IMG/VR virus record: IMGVR_UViG_3300034073_002480
Span: 64,001-128,000 of that record
Reading direction: 5' to 3' (one strand)
Source: a virus
Length of the DNA: 64,000 nucleotides
Below, one piece after another: positions 41,683 through 50,473 of the stretch; the stretch's first letter is position 1, and the number at the start of each line of letters is the position of its first letter. The position numbers and the translations under genes are program-made. Below the pieces are notes generated by a model, which had not been told where the DNA came from, searched no databases, and saw only the letters and a list, made by a program, of their open reading frames with translations.

Positions 41683-42334
41683 AATAATTAGCTCCCTCTT
41701 GGTAATAATCTGTATCTGGGGAGGACGACCATATAATAGATCTAGGCTTTTCTACTACATTCAACATATCACCCCAATATTTGGGATCTATTTCAGAACC
41801 TGTTTGTATTTTTGTGAAATCCTGTGCAACAGCTTTCAGATATTGTGGATAGGTGGTGGAATCTTGGTTTGTGAGGTCTCGATTGTGAATAGATTGCATG
41901 TAGCCATTGTAAACACTTGATGGACTTTTATTGTTATAAGCAACATCTCCATTACACCAATCACCATAATTACCTATGTTTCCAAGTTTGAGTGGTTTAA
42001 GGCAGTCAACAGTGTCATAACCAAACAAAGGTCTGTTACCATTACTGTATAACACCATAAAATGTCTTGGGATTGGCATTTGCAACGACTCTACTACGTC
42101 CTCGCTTTTCACCTTTCTGCTTAACAGACAGCTGTTATTGATTGCCCCTGCTCTACGACAGGTTTTGTCACGCAAAGAGCAGTCTAAACAGTACTTGAGA
42201 AAAAAATCTTCGGCATCAGATTTAATGCAGCTATAATAAAATGGTACTACAATGGGTTCAAACACGAACATTATAGTGTGTTTAAATATTACAGCAGTCT
42301 GGCAATGCGATGGTATTTCATACTGTTGTGCCAT
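41666..42334 (-). CDS. Prokaryotic E2-like conjugating enzyme (Prok-E2 family D/PRTRC protein B-like)
   Basis: MPIP, LGNIGNYGDWCNG (Cys127) and YMQSIHNRDL match the N...G..C.G / F..S.FN.DL pattern; lies between JAB and E1. Confidence 0.72.
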   Translation of the reverse strand: MAQQYEIPSHCQTAVIFKHTIMFVFEPIVVPFYYSCIKSDAEDFFLKYCLDCSLRDKTCRRAGAINNSCLLSRKVKSEDVVESLQMPIPRHFMVLYSNGNRPLFGYDTVDCLKPLKLGNIGNYGDWCNGDVAYNNKSPSSVYNGYMQSIHNRDLTNQDSTTYPQYLKAVAQDFTKIQTGSEIDPKYWGDMLNVVEKPRSIIWSSSPDTDYYQEGANYYVKIQ

Positions 42335-42336
42335 AA

Positions 42337-43305
42337 CTAATAACCACTACCGTAGAAGAAAGGATCGGCAACGTCCACACTATTATAGCGGTCGTAAGTA
42401 AAAAGATCCGCATATTGCACGTCTGCTGTAAGAAGGTCTGACAATACTGCTGGTAGCTCTTTTTCGATATCAGCTACAGTCACAGAAGGGTTAGCTAACA
42501 TAATGTTTTCCAAAGCAGTCTTTAGTTTTTCAGCTAGACTCTTAGTATAAACAACACCACTTTTCGCTGGTTGTAGCCATTTTGTAGTTGTATTTCCTTT
42601 TTGCCACACAGGTGCTTGATATACAAAGCGTTTTACTTGAGTTTCACATACAGGTGCATACGCGGTATGTGTGTACGTCTGTAGTTCCGAATCTACAGGA
42701 AGGTCAATGAAGTCCCATGCTTGTGGAAAATAACGATAATTTGCGTAGCCGTTATTAGCAACTACTGTAGTACGGATTCGGTAGTCCATATCTGTTTGTC
42801 TGCCTGTAGGTATAGAGACAATACCATACAACAACGGAGTCTTCATTTCGTTGGTATCATCAACACCACTAGGAGATGGCATATCAAAAGGATGTAGATG
42901 AAAATGTGCATACAAAACCCAACCATTAGCAACTAATGACTCCCGTGTATACTGTAGACCATCAAGTCCGTATAAGGGTAATGCATAGTTATAAGTAACA
43001 GATGCACCTGTCACTGTTTGACTACCAACAACACAAATGAAGTCACCATCACGTTTGTAGTAACGACATTCAACTTCCGTTCCCTGTGCTAAATAATGCA
43101 TAAAGAACGTGACCATTTGGTTCCACAGTCTGCGCGGAATCTTATGTTGTGGATTACCAACAAAACACTGCATAATAGCAGGATCAATTTTGTCATCAGT
43201 TGTGTAGTCACTGTACACAAAGTAAGAGCCGAGTTCTGTTACTTTCTCTTCTATGTAGTGACCAGTATTTAGCTGGTGGATTTCCGTTGTTTTTGTGGTT
43301 GTCAT
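42337..43305 (-). CDS. JAB/MPN+ metallo-isopeptidase (PRTRC protein A-like)
   Basis: KIP..L, Glu77, QTVTGASVTY, JAMM motif HLHPFDMPSPSGVDD (H136, H138, S146, D149). Confidence 0.88.
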   Translation of the reverse strand: MTTTKTTEIHQLNTGHYIEEKVTELGSYFVYSDYTTDDKIDPAIMQCFVGNPQHKIPRRLWNQMVTFFMHYLAQGTEVECRYYKRDGDFICVVGSQTVTGASVTYNYALPLYGLDGLQYTRESLVANGWVLYAHFHLHPFDMPSPSGVDDTNEMKTPLLYGIVSIPTGRQTDMDYRIRTTVVANNGYANYRYFPQAWDFIDLPVDSELQTYTHTAYAPVCETQVKRFVYQAPVWQKGNTTTKWLQPAKSGVVYTKSLAEKLKTALENIMLANPSVTVADIEKELPAVLSDLLTADVQYADLFTYDRYNSVDVADPFFYGSGY

Positions 43306-43326
43306 AATTCCTCTTAAAGACTATAG

Positions 43327-43360
43327 AAAAAGAGGGGTGAGCTTTCAAAACCCACCCCTA
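43327..43360 (-). terminator. Intrinsic terminator between the Ubl and JAB genes
   Basis: Minus strand AGGGGTGGGTTT-tga-AAGCTCACCCCT followed by CTTTTT, 5 bp after the Ubl stop. Confidence 0.8.
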
Positions 43361-43365
43361 TAGGA

Positions 43366-43737
43366 TTAACCTAAGCGACCAGCAGGACGCTCAGGATCAG
43401 GGATTGCAACGGTTACAGGTGTTTGAGGAGTAACCGCATACTTAGCACTCAGTTCTGCGAAAGTAAGTGTAGGGTTAATCACAAAGATTTTACCCGCAAC
43501 TATGTATTGCGCTGTGTAATTATCTTGAAGAGTGATACCAGCGATCTTCGCTTGACCTGCTGCGAAATCAGCATAGGTTTGGTTGGGGTCATATTGAAAC
43601 TGACCAGCGGAGGTGAAGCCAAATCGAACTTCAGCACTGTTGTCAGCTTGGACTACAGTGGATACTGCAATAGGGGTAGGAGCAGTTTGTGTAGTAGAGG
43701 TAGAGAACTTAGAAAGGAGGTTGTTTAAGAAAGACAT
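43366..43737 (-). CDS. Ubiquitin-like (beta-grasp) modifier protein, inferred
   Basis: Free C-terminal ...PAGRLG-stop; small domain after a Ser/Thr-rich linker; first gene of the JAB-E2-E1 operon; ATG 43737 preferred over 43782. Confidence 0.7.
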   Translation of the reverse strand: MSFLNNLLSKFSTSTTQTAPTPIAVSTVVQADNSAEVRFGFTSAGQFQYDPNQTYADFAAGQAKIAGITLQDNYTAQYIVAGKIFVINPTLTFAELSAKYAVTPQTPVTVAIPDPERPAGRLG

Positions 43738-43781
43738 AGTTTTGTGTTTGTTGTTGTGCATATGGATTACAGATGCAAACA

Positions 43782-44410
43782 ATTACTTCTGATTACTCAG
43801 TACTCGAACCTCTTTCACTATCTTGTTACTTCAGAGTTGTTTACAGCTTTTGACAGCATTGTATCCTCCTACTTGTTACCCAGTTACTTCGTTGCTGACA
43901 TCTTCATCAGGGCAGGGTATTTGCATCTGCAAGATCTAGATTTACTCTGTGCGCTTGTGTAAAGTATCTAATCTATAAAGTGCTTCACACAAGGAGAAGG
44001 TATAACCCTCTTGACTGTGTAGTCTAAACAACTACACAGTGAGGAGAGCTATACCAACCAACAATTATTGACAATTTGTTAATACAGTACTGGGCAATCT
44101 CTTACTTGTTACTTTCACTATCTTGTTACTTTCACTGCAAGCAGTTACTTTGTTCCCCAGCTACTTTGTTACTTCAGAGTGGTTTTCCCATATAACTCCT
44201 GACAACAGGGTGTTGGTTGTTATAGGTTCGAGATTTACTATGTGCAATCTATGGCGTATCTAATCTCTAAAGTCCAACCATAGAAAGAGAGAATCAGTCC
44301 GTTACATTATATAGTGTGAAGCTACTGCCAACTATACAATATTAATAGGACAACCAACCCTCTTATCTAGACTGTTTTTACACAATCCAGATAGGAGAAT
44401 TGTTGATTAC
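43782..44410. repeat. Non-coding diverged tandem duplication (~300 bp unit) with GTTACT iterations and hairpins
   Basis: CTTTCACTATCTTGTTACTT at 43812 and 44112; TTGTTACTTCAGAGT at 43823 and 44166; AGATTTACT at 43938 and 44231; GTATCTAATCTMTAAAGT at 43964 and 44256. Confidence 0.85.
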
Positions 44411-44569
44411 AACAAACTAGAAATTAAAATATAATAGGGACAGCACTACACCCTCAGGATCGGAAGTATACTATATAACATAGTTCTAGCTGTTGTCTGC
44501 ATTTAGTAGTAATCGCAATAAAACAAAATCAGCTTAAGAAGCATCAAAGTCAAAATATATTTCAAACAT

Positions 44570-44995
44570 TTAATTATTATCCTGCATTGCACTGTTGTTA
44601 AAATAAAAACGTTCTGCTTGCTGTCTTACTTTTTTCTCAGGAACATCATGTACATTCTCAAAGTCACCATCAGCAATCAACACAAAGTATTGTACACCTA
44701 AATCTGTGGCAATCTTAATGTAAGGCTCCAACTCTTTTTTAGTTGTAGTCGTGTTGCTGACTATAGTGATATAACCATCTTGCAGTGACTTCTTAACTTC
44801 TGTCATACACCATTCATGTGCTGTCTGCAAGTAACGTGGATTCCAAGGTTCATCATTGTCAACAAACCACCGATCTGCTTCAAATTTCTTAGCTGCATAA
44901 CCTAAGTCATAACCAGACATATATACTAAAAAATCAGCAAATGTTGACTTTCCTGAACCTGATACACCACGTAAGATTATAAGAACTGGTTGCAT
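44570..44995 (-). CDS. AAA_33 P-loop kinase (polynucleotide kinase-like)
   Basis: LRGVSGSGKST, EAD..F, AHEWC, VSNT, NVHDVP. Confidence 0.85.
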   Translation of the reverse strand: MQPVLIILRGVSGSGKSTFADFLVYMSGYDLGYAAKKFEADRWFVDNDEPWNPRYLQTAHEWCMTEVKKSLQDGYITIVSNTTTTKKELEPYIKIATDLGVQYFVLIADGDFENVHDVPEKKVRQQAERFYFNNSAMQDNN

Positions 44996-44997
44996 AA

Positions 44998-45294
44998 CTA
45001 CCCCTTTGCAAATATTTCTGGTTTGTTTAAAAGTAAACCTAGCATATTACCCATCATAGCTTGCGAATGTTGCATTGAATCTGCACGTAATTTTTTATTG
45101 TCAATATCAAGTTCTTCACAACGCTCTACTAAATGGTCAATACACTCTAGAAGATATTCAACGTGTTCATCATTTAATCTGTGTGGATTAGACCATAAAA
45201 TGTTACGAATTTCTTTAACTGTCATAGCTATACCACTCAGGTTGTTGATTGATTGTCCAAGTAGGACGTTTGTTGTTTTTGAATACCTTGGCAC
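44998..45294 (-). CDS. Hypothetical coiled-coil protein (start probably at MTVKEI)
   Basis: ORF between the kinase and the glycosylase. Confidence 0.55.
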   Translation of the reverse strand: MPRYSKTTNVLLGQSINNLSGIAMTVKEIRNILWSNPHRLNDEHVEYLLECIDHLVERCEELDIDNKKLRADSMQHSQAMMGNMLGLLLNKPEIFAKG

Positions 45295-45763
45295 ACATAT
45301 AGTCCCGATAAGCTTGTACAGCTACAGCCAATGGTTCTTTCGATTTGTACTTGGCTTTGACTTCCTCATACATAGCAAGAGGCACATCTGTCATACCTGA
45401 TGGCAACCGTAGAAGAGAATGGGTTTTGTTGAAACTGGTAATAACTAAGCCTGTCATAGTACCATTGTTACCTTTCTTTTCCCATATAGCTTGCAATGCT
45501 TTGAGGTGTGTTAAAGTCCACATAAAATTATCTTGAGACTGACGAACCCATACACAAGTAGGATGGTTTACAAAAGCTTTTTTGTAGATAAAGTACTTTT
45601 GGACATAACACAGACCATCTTTCTCTTCTACGGTCACATGCGGTGACAAATGATAAGCTGTTGACAACATCTGCGATGCTTCAAGGCGGATTTTACCTAA
45701 ATGCTCATCACAATATAAAGATGCTGCTGTGGCAGGATCAGGGTCAAGGAAGAATAGGTTCAT
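45215..45763 (-). CDS. Pyrimidine-dimer DNA glycosylase/DenV-superfamily protein
   Basis: MNLFFLDPDP..AA...CDEH..K..LEASQMLST, NHPTCVWVRQS..N..W, AYRDY. Confidence 0.75.
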   Translation of the reverse strand: MNLFFLDPDPATAASLYCDEHLGKIRLEASQMLSTAYHLSPHVTVEEKDGLCYVQKYFIYKKAFVNHPTCVWVRQSQDNFMWTLTHLKALQAIWEKKGNNGTMTGLVITSFNKTHSLLRLPSGMTDVPLAMYEEVKAKYKSKEPLAVAVQAYRDYMCAKVFKNNKRPTWTINQQPEWYSYDS

Positions 45764-46000
45764 TTACATTGATCTCCCATTTAAGAAATAATAACTGTAC
45801 TACATACCGTTTCCAATATAGAGTAGAGTGTGGGTCGTCAAACTTACAAACAACCAATATAGGATAATTATTAATCATTATTGACACATAGAAAGTAAGT
45901 CTTATACCAGTGTGATACTCTAGATACCATTGCCAATTCTTAACACATACTGTCAGTTTCATTTCTTCTATGGTAGGGGGCTGTTAACCCCCTTTATTAT

Positions 46001-46390
46001 TTACTTACCAGCGTACTTAGCGTTGTATTCTGCTTCAAGTTCTTCAAGAGACTTAGCTTTTTTAGCTTCTTGACGTTTAGCATGAATCAACTCTCTTAAC
46101 TCACGTTCTTCAGCAGATTCTTGAGCAGCAGTGCGACTTGCATCTTGTTGATCGAGCTTATATTGCAAAACACTGACAATGATATCACGTTCTAATTGCA
46201 AAGTAGTGTTAGCGGCTGTTTTAGTACGCAAATAACCTTGTTGACCAGATTGTGCAATTTGTGCATCTCTTGCCAATGCAGCTTGGTTCAATGTCTCTAC
46301 AGGAAGATCAAACAAATCTTCAGTTGTTAGAACACCTTTACCTAAACCAGAAAAACGAACCTTTTGTGCTAAAGCTTGGATAAAAGACAT
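46001..46390 (-). CDS. Phage coiled-coil protein, downstream neighbour of 46462..48597
   Basis: KVRFS...GVLTTEDLFDLP, C-terminal SLEELEA. Confidence 0.75.
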   Translation of the reverse strand: MSFIQALAQKVRFSGLGKGVLTTEDLFDLPVETLNQAALARDAQIAQSGQQGYLRTKTAANTTLQLERDIIVSVLQYKLDQQDASRTAAQESAEERELRELIHAKRQEAKKAKSLEELEAEYNAKYAGK

Positions 46391-46461
46391 AATTTTGTTG
46401 TTTGTTGTTGTGTGTTTACAAGAAAGACGGTTTTACGGATGACCGACAACCCCGCAAAGCG

Positions 46462-48597
46462 CTATACCTTGACTCGTAGTACACGTTGGCTTGCGCCTGT
46501 AACACGAACCAAGAAGTCATTTCTCAATGTAGAAGAGAAGCCTAAACCTGATAGCTGTTGTTGAGAAGGTTCAACCAACAACCGTCTACCCAAGATTTCA
46601 AATACCTTCCGATGTGGGTACAAAGATTCAACTAAAAACTCATTGTAAAACCCACGAACAACAGGATCATTGTTTAGTGCTTTTTCCAACACAAAGAAGA
46701 AGTGCTTATTACCTTTTTGATCACCATTATGCCAGTAGTTCGGTGACAATAGTGCTACAGATACAGGTTGCCAAGTATTTGTGGTTAAACCCCAAACTTC
46801 TTTGCTTTGTACTGTGCTATTAGATTCTAGAGATTCAATAAACTGAATACCTGTTGTCTTGTTAAAAACAAACTTTGCTACAGTGATATTTTGTTCAGGT
46901 CGAAGGTCAGCACTGTAATGATACTTATATATTACGCCATCATATTCAATCTCTGCTGAAAAACCACCGTTAGAATTTCGTGACTCAAAGTTGTTGACGT
47001 AAAAATGGTAGATCCCTTCTGGCATTTTCGCAAGATCATGGTAGACAATGTTTTCAACAGCAATTTCACCATCAGGATGGATAATATCTACATCTAAGAT
47101 ACCTGAAGCTGGTGATCTATATCTTACATCTCTACCTCTATATGTGCGGAAATAGATGTGTTCACTACTACCACCTTCAATCTCGGCATGAGCATCAAAG
47201 TCTATATTGTTATTGCCAGATTCGTTCCACATTATAGAGAACCGCAACACACCAGTTACCGAACCACCTGCTTTTTCTACGTTGCGTTTGATAATAGAGT
47301 CAGTAACATCTCCTGTATAGTACCAGCTAAAGTTATTAGCCCAACGTGTTAGTGGTTTAGCATCAGGATTTGTAGGTGCGATCAACGAGAAAAGATTATT
47401 GGTGTGTTTGTTTTCCAACAAAATGTCTACAGATGTAGACTTCGGTAGAATGTTATTCAAGAAATCATCAATAGTGACTTCAGCAATCCTTGCCAACTTT
47501 TTGGGATCGGTAGGTGTATCTTGCTTCAACAAACCAAAAACAGACTTGACGTTAGATGTTAGGGATCTATTCAACCACAGAACATCATTAGCCGATATGT
47601 CTTCCTGAACTGCGTATCGTCTTGCAAGAGAGTCAACCAACCCTTCTTCTACGGCTGTTTTTTCAGCTTCAGCGATTTGGCGTTGAGAAACCATAGCTGT
47701 TGTACGTTTGTAGTTTTGAGGAGCTACAACAGATTCGTATTTACGCACTGCAATATCGAGGTCAACATCTTTGCTGATGTCAATAAGTAGAGTACCGATG
47801 GCAGAATTACGGATTTTAGCAACACTGACACCAACTCTTTGAGCAGCAACCCAGTAATAATTCTCTACTTGTTGTGGTGTGAGAACCGTAGAAATAAAGG
47901 TTTGCTGTTCTTGTAAGAAAGTTTCTAGTGTTGCTTTGTACTCTACACCTTTGTATAAACCTTGGTCAATAAGTTCCAACACAGTCTGCACAGTTTGTGT
48001 ATCAAACTCGTCTAATGCACGTTTAAACACATTGCGAGGGTCTCTGTAGTCCTGTGGTGTACGTCCTGTAACATAAGAACGAGGGACTTCCAAATACAAG
48101 TGTTCCCATTCGATTGTGTTTACAAGCTTCTGTGTTGTAGGGTCTAGCACACGCTGAATATTAGACCTTAAACCTAGTTTCTGTGATTCGGGAATAAATA
48201 CATCACGGATCTTACAGCAATATACAAGGTCACGCATGTTGTTGATAACCGACTGCCACATAGGATCGTCAACCGTGAAGTCCCAAATAGACCACAAGTT
48301 ATAATCAACATCAATAGCTACAATGTGACCGTAATTCTTGATAAAAGAACGGCAAGCATTACAGTTGTGCGACTGACGTTCTGCACCAGCAGGGAAAGAT
48401 TCGAGATAAGTGTCCCACAAAGATTGTCGATCCATATCTACAACATACAACTGACGACCTGCTGCGGTAATCTGTGCAAAATTGGACTGGAAAACACGCA
48501 CAAATTGGTTGAAAGTCATTGGTTGTTTTCTACCAGCGAAACGCTCACCCTCTACGGCAATCATTTCTCTGTCAACAGTCTGTTCAATAAAAAGCAT
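46462..48597 (-). CDS. Large phage protein with C-terminal YfaP/DUF2135-like beta-sandwich
   Basis: HNCNACRSF, APQNYKR, WNESGNNNIDFDAH...LDVD...AVENI; ATG 48597 preferred because 48627 lies inside a terminator. Confidence 0.75.
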   Translation of the reverse strand: MLFIEQTVDREMIAVEGERFAGRKQPMTFNQFVRVFQSNFAQITAAGRQLYVVDMDRQSLWDTYLESFPAGAERQSHNCNACRSFIKNYGHIVAIDVDYNLWSIWDFTVDDPMWQSVINNMRDLVYCCKIRDVFIPESQKLGLRSNIQRVLDPTTQKLVNTIEWEHLYLEVPRSYVTGRTPQDYRDPRNVFKRALDEFDTQTVQTVLELIDQGLYKGVEYKATLETFLQEQQTFISTVLTPQQVENYYWVAAQRVGVSVAKIRNSAIGTLLIDISKDVDLDIAVRKYESVVAPQNYKRTTAMVSQRQIAEAEKTAVEEGLVDSLARRYAVQEDISANDVLWLNRSLTSNVKSVFGLLKQDTPTDPKKLARIAEVTIDDFLNNILPKSTSVDILLENKHTNNLFSLIAPTNPDAKPLTRWANNFSWYYTGDVTDSIIKRNVEKAGGSVTGVLRFSIMWNESGNNNIDFDAHAEIEGGSSEHIYFRTYRGRDVRYRSPASGILDVDIIHPDGEIAVENIVYHDLAKMPEGIYHFYVNNFESRNSNGGFSAEIEYDGVIYKYHYSADLRPEQNITVAKFVFNKTTGIQFIESLESNSTVQSKEVWGLTTNTWQPVSVALLSPNYWHNGDQKGNKHFFFVLEKALNNDPVVRGFYNEFLVESLYPHRKVFEILGRRLLVEPSQQQLSGLGFSSTLRNDFLVRVTGASQRVLRVKV

Positions 48598-48614
48598 AGT
48601 TTTTCCTATGAAAT

Positions 48615-48641
48615 AAAAAAGCAGCAAGATACGTTTGCTGC
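48615..48641 (-). terminator. Intrinsic terminator
   Basis: GCAGCAAA-cgtat-CTTGCTGC followed by TTTTTT. Confidence 0.8.
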
Positions 48642-48715
48642 ATATAAATAAACCTTGGAGAACTTTGTGCCTAGCACGACCCTTCCACCGTATCTAATGG
48701 TTGAGTCAACGAAAT

Positions 48716-48994
48716 TTATAGCGAATCTAGAAATGTAGCAAACCTAGCTTCAATAACTGCAATCTGTTGAAGTCTTGTAATAGCTTCTTGAGTAGTTTGA
48801 AAGTATTCACGTTTTTGGAATGACAAAAAGAAATTTTCATCATCAGCCCACACAGAAATATTAGGATCTTGTGTATCAAACGACTTCACCTTCTCTCGCA
48901 TCTCTGGTGTGTAACCATCAAAGACAAAAGATTTGGCGTAGTCGGTTTTCTTGTTAGACTCCCATTTATGGGATGATAGTTTTATGTTAATCAC
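48716..48994 (-). CDS. Hypothetical protein
   Basis: 92 aa; C-terminus RLQQIAVIEARF resembles that of 63295..63621. Confidence 0.65.
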   Translation of the reverse strand: MINIKLSSHKWESNKKTDYAKSFVFDGYTPEMREKVKSFDTQDPNISVWADDENFFLSFQKREYFQTTQEAITRLQQIAVIEARFATFLDSL

Positions 48995-50370
48995 GACTCA
49001 ATCTCCTCTGTGTCAACATAGTCTGGTCGATCTTTCATAAACCCTTCCATAGCAAGAAAGTACCAGTTTTTCTCTTTCAAGAACCAAGTCTTACCTGCAT
49101 GATCAACACGTACAACTACACCTTCAGGGAATTGGTTAGGAAATGTGGATTGCAAAGACAAAGATTCAACATAACTGATTAAATCTTTAGCACCAAAACT
49201 AGATAAAGTTGGATGATAATTATGACTGACATGAAGTTCAGGTACATGATCTACACCTAGTTCAGCACATCTTGCCTTGACAGCATCCCACGATAGATCC
49301 CATTGGTAGCCATCCTCATTGGTGACAGCTATTCTGTACACATACGCTTTAGCTGTACCGTTAGGGACACCGTAGTTGTAAGTGATTTCAGAACCATACT
49401 GCTTAATGAACTTCTTGTCACCTGTTACTGCCGTATTATGAGGTGGCATTATATGCTTATCAGGAGCAACCCAACCTACAATCTCATAATACAGTGTCTC
49501 ACCTTTACGCAAAAACGGTAGCAAACGGTCAGCAATAGCCCAACGAAAGTCATCAGAGCCATAGTAGCCTGTATTACCACTAGCTTTCTTCAAGATGACA
49601 CGGCGAGTACCATTTTGAGGTATATAACCCTTGATGGTATGCTTTGTTTTCTCTTCTATGGTTTGTCTAAACCAATTCCACATTTTATTGACTGGTCGCC
49701 AAGGTGTGTTTACATTTAGATAACGAAAGACCGTAGAAATAAAGGGGTTGTAGACTTCTTGTTCTGTGTAAGCTAAACTAACCCGACCCGATGTTCCGTG
49801 CTGCTTCTCAGTAATAGTAACAGTAGCGCCAACAGGTATTTTGTGTATGTTCCTGCGGAAATTTTCTGTTTCTACATGTTCAGGGAATTGAATCTTAGCT
49901 TTCAACCGAGGTTTGTCTTTTTTGTTTGTGGTTTTTGCTAATCTTGTAGCTGGTGTTTCATACTTCTTACAGATTTCCACACCACCGATCTCTGTGAAAC
50001 CATAACCAGCTTGCAGAACAGAACGATCAAATTCTAGAAAATCAAGAGAAGACAAAGGCATCACTAAACCATTAGACTTGTAGGAACGTAAATTCAACGC
50101 TCTGATTCTACCATTAGGGTCGAGATAACCAGTACCAATTCGCTGACGCACACCATCAATTTCTTCAAAGCGCTCATATAAACCATTGGCTTCACAGTAT
50201 TCCTTTGACAAACAACCATCAGTTTCAAAAAACACAACAAGGTCGTCTGGTTTGTAGTTACCAATACCCACAACTACATGTGTATTGCAAACAACAGCTA
50301 TTTCTAACCGATCTGCGTTAGGGTGTGGGAGAATAGCTTGTACAGGTGTAATAATAGCTTGGTAAGACAT
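48991..50370 (-). CDS. RNA ligase, DRB0094-like, with N-terminal OB-like domain
   Basis: PHPNADRLEIA, LRSYKSNGLVMP, motif I TEKQHGTS, YEIVG, VPEL, EGVVVR, LKEK. Confidence 0.88.
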   Translation of the reverse strand: MSYQAIITPVQAILPHPNADRLEIAVVCNTHVVVGIGNYKPDDLVVFFETDGCLSKEYCEANGLYERFEEIDGVRQRIGTGYLDPNGRIRALNLRSYKSNGLVMPLSSLDFLEFDRSVLQAGYGFTEIGGVEICKKYETPATRLAKTTNKKDKPRLKAKIQFPEHVETENFRRNIHKIPVGATVTITEKQHGTSGRVSLAYTEQEVYNPFISTVFRYLNVNTPWRPVNKMWNWFRQTIEEKTKHTIKGYIPQNGTRRVILKKASGNTGYYGSDDFRWAIADRLLPFLRKGETLYYEIVGWVAPDKHIMPPHNTAVTGDKKFIKQYGSEITYNYGVPNGTAKAYVYRIAVTNEDGYQWDLSWDAVKARCAELGVDHVPELHVSHNYHPTLSSFGAKDLISYVESLSLQSTFPNQFPEGVVVRVDHAGKTWFLKEKNWYFLAMEGFMKDRPDYVDTEEIES

Positions 50371-50473
50371 TATTTATACCAATCCTCTTCAATTTTATTT
50401 ACAACAGCACCTTTGTAGAAGTTGTATATATCTGAAAGCAACATCATAGTGCAAAGGATAAGAAATACTGTCT

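Noticed and set aside
43744-43962. 72-aa plus-strand ORF in the repeat region
   Set aside because: It has a GTG start, runs through the GTTACT repeats and has no counterpart in the second repeat copy.
43782-44420. Possible CRISPR mini-array
   Set aside because: The repeats are short, irregularly spaced and lack uniform 30-40 nt spacers; no cas genes in the window.
45975-45993. Hairpin AGGGGG/CCCCCT after 46001..46390
   Set aside because: It lacks a U tract on the transcribed minus strand; it may be a stabilising hairpin, so it is not called a terminator.
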